Of a stretch of DNA of 64,000 bases, positions 51,787-64,000 are shown piece by piece. The translations under genes were made by a program, and so were the position numbers. The DNA is from Octopus sinensis (taxonomy: Eukaryota), in NCBI RefSeq assembly GCF_006345805.1, contig NC_043008.1, positions 66,464,001 through 66,528,000 of the forward strand. The letters run 5' to 3'. Numbering within the stretch: the stretch's first letter is position 1; every line of letters begins with the position of its first letter. The notes under the pieces are model-generated. The model did no database searches. It saw only the letters and a list, made by a program, of their open reading frames with translations, and was not told the origin of the DNA.

Positions 51787-52170
51787 TGCATATATATCTG
51801 TGTATATATATATATAAGCATACATACATACACGAACATTTATAGAGTCGCATATATGAGTCTGTGTATGTAGGTAGATTGATTTGTATCAAGCAAATGA
51901 CAGAGGAGTACTCAATACATATTGTAAAGGACATATATATATATATGCACACATACATATGTATACATATTTATACACACACACATATACAAAGCAAATT
52001 TGAGAGAAGTTTGTTTAATGATAGGAAGCTGAATCCTAAAAGTTAACATCAAATTTACATAAAATTTTTTGGATTGAGATTTTGAATTTTGGTTGACTGC
52101 TTCTTCACCTCTTGTGGTTAAACAAACCATCAGACAAAATTTAGTAATAGTCAACATAAATTTTATAACT

Positions 52171-52211
<41 letters not shown>

Positions 52212-52482
52212 GCATACATGCTGTAGTTTGTTGCTTTTAATAACAAAGAGAGTAATCTATATTAAGCTAGTAGTGTGTATTTATATTTCAAGTTGTGAAA
52301 TGTAACAGGTCTACCAAAGATTTTATTTGTTTTTGGCATTTTTTTGTTTTGCCAGAAGCATTTTCCAAAGGAACTGTTTGCTTCATAGATGTTGTGAACA
52401 TTTTTAAATAGATACAAAACTGACCATAATCTCAAGAACCAATCATTAAACTGCTCAAGGATCATGTGACAAATACATCCAT

Positions 52483-52556
52483 TCATCCATTCACAACATC
52501 TTTGTAGTGAAGCTGTTCAACGAAATAGTTAAGATTTAGATCAAATGAGGATTTTT
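52483..52556 (-). CDS. Candidate second (alternative) terminal exon on the minus strand
   Basis: Minus strand reads tttattttgcatttaactcttcttcttccag|AAAAATCC. The phase-1 frame is KSSFDLNLNYFVEQLHYKDVVNG*, and an AATAAA lies on the minus strand at 52322-52327. Confidence 0.33.
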
Positions 52557-52897
52557 CTGGAAGAAGAAGAGTTAAATGCAAAATAAAATGAAACAAATCT
52601 AAGTGTTAGATATAAGTGATGTTGTTAATCAGCAAATGGTTTCTTAATTGGTTCTGTTAATTAGAATTCTAATGTGGAAAATCTGTGTTTATCCACTGTC
52701 CTTATTCAATAGATGATGGTGTAGCTTATAGTTTGAAAAATAAATAATTAATTAAACTGACTCATATATGCTCTGCTGCAAATCTAACATCATATTTAAA
52801 CTATTTTGATATGTGTACATATATGTGTGTATCTATATATATATATATATATATACATAAATTTATGTATGCACATATCTGTGTATGTATGTGTATA

Positions 52898-52950
<53 letters not shown>

Positions 52951-52956
52951 TACACA

Positions 52957-53836
52957 CAGGGTTCAGTACATATATTGTCGTCTAAATTACGCAAAAATGA
53001 AAATAACACTTGCATCTCATTTTAACAGATATATTTACCAAAATTACATAAAAATATCTTGAAATATGAAAAAATAAATTTAGTCAATAAAATCACTATT
53101 GGCTTCAACCACAGCCTCCAGACATCATTGAAATCTCCTGCAACACTTCTGGATAGTCTCCTTGTTTAAGTTGGTAAATGCTGCCATAATCCTTGCCTTC
53201 AGTTCATCTTTGGATGTTACAAGGAGTTTTGTTGGTCTCTCACTCAATTGCACACCACACATAATAATCAAGTGGGTTGCAGTCTGGGGAGTTAGGCAGC
53301 CAAATGTGAAGAGTGATATGGTCACAGAAACTGTTTGAGACAGCTATGACTGGGTTTTCCAGCTTGTGTGGCATGGTGCAGAGTCCTGTTACCAGACGTA
53401 GCGTCTTCCAGCAACCACTCTCTTGACCCAGGGCAGCACTACCTCCTCCAGGCACTTGACATAGGCCTCTGTGTTGAGTCTGAGGCCATGTGGGAAGAAG
53501 AATAGAGGCATAATGTTGCCATCAGCCCAAACACCATGATGTTGACTGGATATTTGATTATTATCACCCTCGGTACATGTTTTGAAGATGCAGCAAGCCA
53601 ACTTTTGTTCAGTGTTCACCATCTGTACGTACAGGAAATTCCAATGAGAATGTTAAGCAGTACAGAATGTTGTTTCCAAATTTCTGGCAGAGTGAATTGC
53701 ATCATGGTGCTGTTTTTCTCACAGACAGTGCTTGACTCGCTCTACTATACTGTGTAGTCAGCAAAATCAAAAGCAAATAATGAGCATGCACGAAATTAAA
53801 AATATAAAATGGCGACAATTTACCCATCGCACCTTG
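52957..53836 (-). mobile_element. Tc1/mariner non-autonomous element, copy 1 (880 bp)
   Basis: Minus-strand fragments WLPNSPDCNPLDYYVW, RLNTEAYVKCLEEVVLPWVKRVVAGR and KDELKARIMAAFTNLNKE; imperfect TIRs inside TA/CA microsatellite. Confidence 0.9.
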
Positions 53837-53981
53837 TATGTATGTATGTATGTATATATATGTGTGTATGTGTGTATGTATATATATCTATACATATATA
53901 TATATACACACATATATATATACACATACATATATATACACATACATATACATATATATATATTACACACACACATACACA

Positions 53982-54861
53982 CAGGGTTCAGTACATATAT
54001 TGTCGTCTAAATTACGCAAAAATGAAAATAACACTTGCATCTCATTTTAACAGATATATTTACCAAAATTACATAAAAATATCTTGAAATATGAAAAAAT
54101 AAATTTAGTCAATAAAATCACTATTGGCTTCAACCACAGCCTCCAGACATCATTGAAATCTCCTGCAACACTTCTGGACAGTCTCCTTGTTTAAGTTGGT
54201 AAATGCTGCCATAATCCTTGCCTTCAGTTCATCTTTGGATGTTACAAGGAGTTTTGTTGGTCTCTCACTCAATTGCACACCACACATAATAATCAAGTGG
54301 GTTTGCTTCTGGGGAGTTAGGCAGCCAAATGTGAAGAGTGATATGGTCACAGAAACTGTTTGAGACAGCTATGACTGGGTTTTCCAGCTTGTGTGGCATG
54401 GTGCAGAGTCCTGTTACCAGACGTAGCGTCTTCCAGCAACCACTCTCTTGACCCAGGGCAGCACTACCTCCTCCAGGCACTTGACATAGGCCTCTGTGTT
54501 GAGTCTGAGGCCGTGTGGGAAGAAGAATAGAGGCATAATGTTGCCATCAGCCCAAACACCATGATGTTGACTGGATATTTGATTATTATCACCCTCGGTA
54601 CATGTTTTGAAGATGCAGCAAGCCAACTTTTGTTCAGTGTTCACCATTTGTACGTACTGGAAATTCCAATGAGAATGTTAAGCAGTACAGAATGTTGTTT
54701 CCAAATTTCTGGCAGAGTGAATTGCATCATGGTGCTGTTTTTCTCACAGACAGTGCTTGACTCGCTCTACTATACTGTGTAGTCAGCAAAATCAAAAGCA
54801 AATAATGAGCATGCACGAAATTAAAAATATAAAATGGCGACAATTTACCCATCGCACCTTG
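53982..54861 (-). mobile_element. Tc1/mariner non-autonomous element, copy 2 (tandem duplicate, period 1025 bp)
   Basis: Near-identical to 52957-53836 with a handful of substitutions; the flanking microsatellites are duplicated as well. Confidence 0.9.
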
Positions 54862-55265
54862 TATGTATGTATGTATGTATATATATGTGTGTATGTGTGT
54901 ATGTATATATATCTATACATATATATATATATACACACATATATATATACACATACATATATATATATACATACATATATATATATATACATACATATAT
55001 ATATACACACATATATATACATGCATATATACGCATATACATACATATATGTATATACACACACATATATATATACGCATATACATACATATATGTATAT
55101 ACACATACATATATATATATATATACACACACACACATATATATATACACACACACACATATATATACAGATGGCTTGATTTCTATGGCTGGATCCCATA
55201 TATATATATAAACACACATATATATATATGTATGTATATATATGTGCATGTATGTGTATATATGC

Positions 55266-55296
<31 letters not shown>

Positions 55297-55301
55297 CATA
55301 T

Positions 55302-55354
<53 letters not shown>

Positions 55355-55434
55355 GTATATATATACATACATATACATATATACAAATATATACATATAT
55401 ATATGTATGTATGTGTGTGTGTGTGTGTATATGT

Positions 55435-55491
<57 letters not shown>

Positions 55492-55505
55492 AACACACAC
55501 ACATA
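54862..55505. repeat. Compound TA/CA microsatellite (similar tracts at about 1100-1510, 51080-51260 and 51720-51990)
   Basis: Direct inspection. Confidence 0.95.
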
Positions 55506-55733
55506 AAAGTAAGGTAGTATGATTAAGAAGTTCATTTTACCTCAAGCTCATCCTCTGATCTCTCTACTTGGCATTTTGGACAATTAGGACCTGTACTGTA
55601 GCTTCGGGTTAACCAATGTCTTGTGAGCGAAATTTGGTGTAATCGACACCCCCCCCCTCTCTCGAAATTGCTATCCTTGTGCTAGAATTTGAAACCACTT
55701 TAAGTTTCACTGTTTCTTAAAAGTATATATGCA

Positions 55734-55766
<33 letters not shown>

Positions 55767-56282
55767 ATTTGTTTCACTCTTACTTTTCTCAGTCATTGCA
55801 GCATAAGACTAGGGCCATACTGGAGCACTTCATTGAAGTGTTTTCTTTAAACATAACAGTTGTACTTGTTAATTTCTGTAGGCAATTCACTAAGTTATGG
55901 GGCATGATCAAGGGCACAAATACATGTCCTTGCATATACATATATCCATGTGTTTGTGCCAGCATGGAAAATGGACATTGAATGATGGTGAATGATGAGG
56001 ATGATGATAATGATGGTGGTCTGTGTGTGCATGTTATGTATGTATGTATATGGAAATGTGAACATATATATAAACACACACATATATCAACAGGCATATT
56101 TGCTTCTTAATCTGCAGCAGTTATGAAGTGACTCAAGCCTCAAGAGCTGAGAATTTCATAAATGATACTTATTAAGCATAAAACTCTTGGTCCTTCAGTC
56201 AGTAATTTCTAAAAATTTATAACATGATGGTAAGATCAACAAATAAAGTACTCTATCTGGTGAGAGATAAATATTATTTACC

Positions 56283-56471
56283 AAACACAATATATATTTT
56301 TATGAGCTACTAATAGTTTCATCTGAGGAAAATATCTCAGACAGCATTTTTTAACACATCTAGTGCAATCAGCCTGAGGATTGCACAAAGGCACCAGACA
56401 TGTTAAAAAATGCTTGAGATGTTTTCATCACATGAAACTTCTAGTAGCTCATAAAAATATCTATTGTGTTT
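56283..56471. mobile_element. Imperfect fold-back element with hammerhead-like core; a related half copy lies at ~19255-19412
   Basis: Arms aaacacaatatatatttttatgagctactaatagtttca... / ...tgaaacttctagtagctcataaaaatatctattgtgttt; inner hairpin gtgcaatc/gattgcac. Shares ggtgagagataaatatt, gctactaa and gacagcatttt with 19255-19412. Confidence 0.65.
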
Positions 56472-57645
56472 ATTAGATTTTGTATATATATATATATATA
56501 TAAAGAGATAATGGTGTCATTGAGACCCAAAGGTGTCAGATAATGCTGAATAAGTGCTATAGACAGACCATAGTTAAGTTCCAGATTTGGTAATATTGCG
56601 AATAAAGGATTCAACGTTGGTTCTATGTCAAAGTGGTTATATAAGAATTTTTTGCGTAATAAGATTAAAAAGACCAAGGCGTATAGATATTAGAGCATTT
56701 ATAGATTGAAGGTCTTACAGCTATCTATAAATGCTCTAATATCTATACAGCCTTGGTTTTTTATCTTATTACACAAAAAATTCTTATATATATATTATAC
56801 ACACACATATATTCATTTTCTAAGGGCCCTTTTATCCTGCTTGTACCACAAAACTTGTGTGTGTGTATACACATATGATGGACCTCCATACAGTTTCTGT
56901 CTGGCATTTTTCTCTCATAAGGCATTGTTCAGCCTATGGCTACAGTATAAGGCAACTGATGTTGTCTAACAGAATTTTATCCAAAGCCACACAATTGCAA
57001 TGCAAACTTCTTAATTACACAGTGTGTGTGTGTGTAGGCATGTGTATGTAATTGTGTGTATGTGAATCTAAATTTATATATGTGTGTGTGTACATGTTAT
57101 TGCTGCTTTTAGTCAGTTCTGCTTGTCCAGTAATTCATAATGATATTCTTGCAAGAATTTATTAATGCTTGTCATTATCATTGTCTGTAGCAAATTTTCT
57201 GGGCAAGAATTCATTCATGAAAACCTTCTGTCTTTCTTGTTCTTGGAACTAATCGAATGATCTTCTAATAGTCCTCTCGTAGACTTTATATGATTCCTCT
57301 TCTGAAGATGGTAGGGAATAATTAACCACAGAATATTTGTTTCTTACTTAGATCAGATCAGGCTGATTGATCGCAAAAAAGTTCTTTCATTTCTTCAAAA
57401 TTTTGTGATTTATGTTTGCATAAGCTAGTTTTGTTTTGTCTTGAATTAAATGAAACAAACTTTTCTGATTAGTTTAAAAACCTTCAAGAATATCAATTGT
57501 GGGTTTTTTTTACCCCCGCCTTAAAACATTGTAGACAAACAAAATTCAATAACAATTATAGTGGATGTGTCTAGAACTTTTAAATATTGTAATGGATTTT
57601 TTGGGGGTGGGGGCTGTTTTCTATGTATCACAATTTTACATTTAA

Positions 57646-57865
57646 CCTTTTAGCAGTTAAACCAACTATATCTAGCCCAAATAGTCTACATGTTTTGTGT
57701 TCAAACTGACCTGATCCAGTCTCTCCCACTTACCCAACATTGCCATTCTAAAAATATCCAATCACTTTATCAAATCTTGAAAGCTACATGATAATGTATG
57801 ATTAATTCAAAACAACATGAATAAATAATTATGACATTTAACAGAAGAATCTGAATGCTAAAGGG
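57646..57865 (+). mobile_element. piggyBac-type MITE (220 bp); a more decayed copy lies at ~61641-61857
   Basis: TTAA|CCTTTTAGCA ... AATGCTAAAGGG|TTAA; internal ttatgttcaaactg and gtcattctaaaa-like motifs are shared among the copies. Confidence 0.8.
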
Positions 57866-57999
57866 TTAATGGTTTATTGTAGAAATTTGACAGACATTTT
57901 AAAAAAAATTTCAGTTATAAAATAGAAACTTTTATTTCGTAAAGTAGTTAAATAAAGCATCTACAGTGTTGAAGATGCTATATAAATATATATATGTAA

Positions 58000-58312
58000 G
58001 GAACCCCTTCAGACATGAATGACCATGGGATTGCACCTAGAAAGTTACCCTCCCAGGCACAAGTCCAGGCAAAGTTGTTTTGTGGAAGACCAACAGTCGT
58101 CCATGCATACCAGCCTCGCCTCTCCAAGGAAAAGGCCAATACAACTTGGCACCTGTGACGTCGCAACTCATTTCTACAGCTGAGTGAATTGGAGCAACAT
58201 GAAATAAAGTGTTTTGCTCAAAAACACATCACGCAGCCCAGTCAGGGAATTGAACTCACTACCTCATGATTGTGAGCCCGACACTCTAATCACTGAGCCA
58301 TGTGCCTTCATT
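58000..58312 (-). mobile_element. SINE family E. Others at about 11520(-) and 31675
   Basis: tRNA-like head on the minus strand (gaaggcacatggctcagtg...gagttcaattccc); shared ttgagcaaaacactttatttca and ggtcattcatg blocks. Confidence 0.8.
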
Positions 58313-59506
58313 ATATGTATACACAATACAATACAATACAATACAATACAACGTGAATAAGGTTTAAGAAAAATCATCTCTTTAATTGGTGCTTAGCTCA
58401 TTCAATGCATTACCAATGAATGTGTCTATTGTGCCAGCTTATTTAGATACAGAAAAAGGTATAAAATACCAGTGGAATTAATATATCAGAAAATATAGGC
58501 TAAAACAACATTACTAAAGGCCATCGAAAATGGGCTAAATTCAATGTGAACTGTATATATATATGCAATTCAAGCACACAAAACTTCACATTTATTATTT
58601 GGTGTCAAAATTCTTGTTGCACCAACTGTGACCTGGTCATTCACACAGTTCCGCTATAGTAAAAGTATAACAGTAATGATGGAAAATAAATGTTTAGGTG
58701 AAGTTCACAGTTTTTGTGTGTTTTTGATTGGTTAATAAGTGTCTTCCATGCTATAATTGCCTGAGTTTCAACACACTATTTCGGATCAAGTCTCTTGTTA
58801 GACAAATACATCTCGAAAATAGTAAAATAAAAGTTATTTAACATTTTAGAGAATTATTTTTGTTTCGAATTCTTTTATGTTTGAAACTACTATTAATCTG
58901 TCATAAGACTTTATTTGGGAACTTTTAGTCAAAAATCTTTTTTAATAATAATCTCGTAGACAAAAATCTATTGAAAATTTCTTATTCAAGAAGTTTTTAT
59001 TTATAAAATCATGGTCAAAAGTTCTTAGTCAATAAATTCTCTCCGTCCTATTATACAATGCCTGATTCTTCCTGAATTTACTTTGCCTTGTTTTTCACCC
59101 CCTCCCCTCCCTATTCCCCCCACCCACCCATTTCAGCATCAAAACTTACAAATTACGGGCAAAAAAATCAAATACAATAATTTTTATTTAATTTTTGTTT
59201 TATTTTTAAAGATTTCATTGAGAACAAATATGAAAAACATATAAATTACATCTGTTAGTCTTGTTTCACATGTCATAAACAAAAAGAAAATATATACACA
59301 AAAAAAAACCTTGTAGATTGGAAACAGTAAACAAATTAATTATTATTATTATTATTGTTATTATTATTATTATTGTTGTTATCATTATTATTTTGTATTT
59401 ATTATCTGTTGTTGCTATTGTTAGTGTTGCATGCATCAATTGAACTAAGAACCTTTAGATTTTAAGTTAAGCTGTGCATGCCTCTACAATCTGTTCTTCT
59501 ACTCTT

Positions 59507-59551
<45 letters not shown>

Positions 59552-60218
59552 TTCTTTGTATAATGTATGCTCAATGTTGTACACTGTTTCTAAACAATGA
59601 AGACAAATGTCTTCTTTACAATGTGTTGTACTGGGAATAAACCAGACTCACGTATTCTACAACTCTGGAACTGCCTCTTGTTTTCTTTCTTTACTTTTCT
59701 GTTTGTTGTGTTTTATTCTTCATTTTCTGTCTTTTTTGTTGGCATTTGGTTATTTTCAATAGGTTTTTAATTACCAATCTTGTTTCAGTTGAAGCGTTTG
59801 TTACTTTCTTTTTAGCAATTGCAGAAAGAATCATTAAACTCAGCTTAGAATCACAAACCTGAAACATTTTCTGGGGACATTTTTCAGAATCTCTGATTCT
59901 TTGTTCCCTTCAGATTACCTCAATTCCATGAACTATTTTAAATAGGTTTTAACAAGAATATATATATATATTTATTCTTGTTTGTTCCTTCTCGAGCCAT
60001 GCCTGGCTCATAGGGCCGGTTTCCCGGTTTCCTTGGCATATAGGTTCCCCACCTGCGATCCATCTCAGGTGAGCTGCAAGATGCAGGAGGAAAGAGTGAG
60101 AGAATGTTGTGGCAAAAGAGTCAGCTGAAGTTCACCATTGCCTTCTGCCAGAGCCACATTGCTCAGTCTGAGATTCGAACCCACGAGTTCGCTGCTCTAA
60201 TCACTAGGCCATGTGCCT

Positions 60219-60259
<41 letters not shown>

Positions 60260-62989
60260 ATATATATATAATATATATAATATATATATACAGTGAATTC
60301 AAAGGTTTGGCTGTCACACCATCATTAGACTTCATATGACCATAAATAAGTCTGTATGTATACATGTTTGAGTGTGTATGTGTTTGTATGGTAAAAGGTG
60401 TAAAGGCACTATATATATATATATATTGAATTGGCAGAATTGTTAGCACACCAAGAAAAATGGTTAGTAACATTTCAACCAGCTTTACATTCTGAGTTCA
60501 AATTCCTCCAGTGTCAACTTTATTTTTCATCCTTTTGAGGTCAATAAAGTAAGCACCAGTTGAGTACTGAGATTGATGTAATCAACTTACTCCTTTTCCC
60601 AAAGTTGCTGGCCTAGTGCCAAAATTTAAAATCAATATAGATTGATAGATAGATAGATAGATAGATAGTAATCTCTTCCACAAGAATAAATTTGTCACAA
60701 CATAAATCAACTACCCTATTTCCTATTTTCCCTCTTGGTTAAAGGATCTCTTTTGTTTTGCAAGTGACAAGGCAACCTCACTCATGTTGGTGCCATGATA
60801 AATGAACACTGTACATTCTGTAAAGTGATTGGTATTAGGGGAGGCAACCAGTCAAAGTAACTGCACTAAAATGGAGACACTGGAATATGATATGATCCAC
60901 TGAGTGATTGGATTCTGTCAAAACATCCAACCAACACCAGCATGGAATGCAGATAAAAAGCTACCAAACAGAACATGCCCACGTTAACAATGTCATACAC
61001 ACTACTCATGTAAACACACACACACCACACACAACATATATACTTATATGTATATATAACATACATGTGTGTGTATATATATTTGTGTACATATGTGTGT
61101 ATGATGATATATATTTACTATAATTATTTTTGAGATTTACACTGGCTTTGTTCCTGTTATCAAATGCTGTGACAGTGTGAATTGATTAAATTGCTATTTA
61201 ACCCCTAGCTGAACCCTGATCTTGTATACCTATGATCCAAGGTATTCCAACCATGACCATTTGATCTTTTTTATTTTTTCTCTTTCAGACTTAGGTGTTT
61301 CTAGAACTACTTTATCCAATGTGCTCTTCATGTTTTATTTAAGATAGTAGGTTGTGTGTTATGTAAGATTGATTTGGTTCTTATTTTTAACAAGTCAAAT
61401 GAGGATAGAAATGCCCTTATTGGCTTGTACACTGATTAAGTTTATCATAGTGCTGTTATGACAAATTTTAGCTTTACTACTGGTGGTCTCTAGCTGACAA
61501 ATTCTAGATCCCGCAGAAAGAAAAAAGCAATGAAATTCTCTATAACTTTCTTGCCCCCCACTCATTATTAATAAAGTGATAAAATATTGTTTGTTACTAT
61601 ATAATTCATTTTTCTTTACCTTGGTTTTGGACAAGTTTAATTCTTTAGAGTTTAAATCAGCCATGTCTGGGTCAAATATCCCGGCTGTTTTATGTTCAAA
61701 CTGGCTAGATTCAGCCTCTTACTCCTACCCTGCAATGTCATTCTAAAACTAAACAAGCCCTATTGAAGTCTTAAAGGTACAAGATTATTATGATTATTTC
61801 GAAACCATGTGAATTAGCAAGTATAACATTTGACAGAGTAATGTGAATGATAAAGGATTAAAAAATTGGAAACCGTCTAAATATTTTTTCCCTTTGAAAC
61901 ATGACATTATGTATCCCCCACCCCCAGTTCTTCAATCCTTCCAAGCCCTCTCTTGTGAGAAATTTTGTGGAAGAAGTATTTGGATTGGAGCTAGGAAAAT
62001 CGTCTTTCCCTTTTTCAATCTTCTCAAGCTTTCCCTTATAAGAAACTCCGGTTATATATTATATGTTATTCCCTCTTGTCATGTAACAATTCTTTGTGAT
62101 TGAAGAGGGTTTAAGATTTCTTGAGAAGAAGCACTTAGATTGGAGTTTAGGATTACTGGTTTCATATTTGGTCTTATGGAATTGAGACAACTGGAAACAT
62201 AGTGCATGGCAGACATAACTTTTGACTAGATGCTGGCATATGTAGTGGTGTATAATTTTCTGGTTTAAGCAGTGGCTTTCCAAGTAACGGGCCTATAAAC
62301 AGAGAGCAAAGCTCACTGAACGATGGCATTTTTGAGGACTATTGGTAAGTGATTGTTCCCATTCATGGTGGATGGTCATGGTCACTAAAGTAGCTTAAGG
62401 GACTAAAACTCAGACCTGTGTTATTATTTTAAATTATTGCTGTTAATATTGTTATTGTTGTTGTAGCATCTTTTTCTTTCTGCATGCTCTGTGTCAACAC
62501 TACCATTGGTGGTGTTGACTGGAGGCTTTGATCTCAGCCTTGCACTCAGTTATACAATATCTGTTGTACCCATATTACAGTGAACTGCACCCCTTCTCTC
62601 TGTGTATCTATCTTTCCTCTTTCTCGCCCTTCTCTTTATCTCCTTTACCATATTTATTTCAACACAAAGGGTTGACATATACTTCACTGTATATGCAATA
62701 AACTGTTGTTCACTATTGTACAAGGGTAAATGTCAAATACTATCATATTTATATCTGGTTTCCATTGTCTTTTACTTGATCAACATTAACCAACTGGAAA
62801 TCACCTTTAGTAATGTGAAATTTAAACTCATATCTTTGATTAAAATATCTTATTATATGACAGATAATATAAGATATAATAATTATATCTTATTACATAA
62901 GATTTCAATGTGTAAAGAAGTTTATCTTATGTTAAGTTAGTTATTTCATTAAACATCCCATAATTTTTATTACATTATTATAAATTTAA

Positions 62990-63200
62990 AATTCAAAGAT
63001 TAAAGCTTTGGAATACCTGTAGGAAGCTTCACAGTATCTGGTAGTCCAGCATTTCAAAGTCATCAAGGCTGGCATTCCTTTCTACGGAGCTGAAACCTAG
63101 GCTAAGAAAAAGCTTCAAGATCGCTTTGATGGTATGTATGCCAGACATCTCATGAGCACAAGACCTAAGAGGAGATTTATGAGCCCATTCTACCCATGTC
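62990..63200 (+). mobile_element. Decayed LINE ORF2 C-terminal fragment
   Basis: FYGAET*AKKKLQDRFDGMYARHLM resembles the LLYGSETW...RLDG-YTRLL motif of RTE-like LINEs. Confidence 0.6.
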
Positions 63201-64000
63201 TATTACTGTTGCTCAATTTAGAGTAGACTTGCCTAACCACTGCTATTGTACTGGGCATCATATGTTATACTTTGGAGACTTTTTTACATCTTAATAAATG
63301 GCAAAGACCACCCAGCTATGTTGATAGTATTGGCAGATGCACACAACATTGAATTGAGAATCTACAAAAGCTAAGAAGAAACAGAGATTCTTGGTGTAAC
63401 ATGGTCAAATGCATCTCAGTTGCAGGGCTTGAAGAAAGCACAGATACAGAATATATTTTTATAAGAAATATCATCACAAAAGGGTTGAATTTCTTCAAAG
63501 CAGAATGTATTTTTGTTAAAAATATGGTCACAAAAAAGGTTTAATTTCTTCCACAATTATTGTAAGCAATAATTGAAACAATTATGATTTATGCATTTCT
63601 GACAGTAATTTTACAGAAATGGTACAATGCCAGGTTAAAAGTTTTCCACCAGTGATTCCAAACCTACAGCCCTTGTGTAAAAATTTACACTTGTATTCTT
63701 CAAAGTTTAAATTTTTTATTTCAAAATTTCTGCTAGAAGCTACTGTTATTGACAAATACTATAAATATCTTCCATCTTTTCATCCAAACTAATGAAACTG
63801 GCAGAGATCAATTTGAAAAATGGAAACAGGACCTTCTTCAAGTTTGGCTCCTTAACTTGGCCCTTTCATATTATTAGTTTAGTGTCTACTCTTGTAGAGA
63901 ATTTAGCAATGTCTTCCTATACTCTGAGTATGGCTCATTGAGGTTTACTTTAATTAACCATTTCCATGAGCAATGTAAGTACCAGTTGTTATACAACTTC

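Noticed and set aside
52356-52388. Plus-strand acceptor tttttttgttttgccag| giving WIQ|KHFPKELFAS*
   Set aside because: Only 10 codons with no similarity to DAPK tails; poly-T acceptor-like runs are frequent in this AT-rich region.

Overview
AT-rich, microsatellite- and SINE-dense eukaryotic DNA. The repeat families and composition look like an Octopus/coleoid cephalopod genome; this is inferred, not proven. The main gene is a + strand death-associated protein kinase (DAPK-family) gene. Six GT-AG exons (10671-10889, 18930-19068, 24852-24975, 43688-43763, 47083-47232, 50362-50407) splice in frame into an almost complete kinase domain; the first coding exon is not in the window and no CaM-regulatory exon is recognisable downstream. 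The introns hold tRNA-derived SINEs, decayed RTE/CR1-type LINEs, Tc1/mariner, piggyBac and hAT remnants, fold-back elements and two minisatellites. Best leads: (1) a complete type I hammerhead-ribozyme motif on the DAPK sense strand (19514-19608), whose catalytic 3' half is mirrored by a perfect 59-bp upstream antisense arm, plus two degenerate hammerhead-like elements; (2) two strong minus-strand splice acceptors with short stop-terminated frames right behind the last kinase exon, suggesting a convergent or overlapping gene; (3) an AEF substitution in the DAPK PEF/Y signature motif; (4) a near-perfect ~145-bp-arm fold-back duplication with a visible 3-nt priming microhomology. Almost all ORFs in the supplied track are microsatellite or repeat translations. 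Coordinates were counted by hand; repeat boundaries are approximate and exon boundaries were checked base by base.
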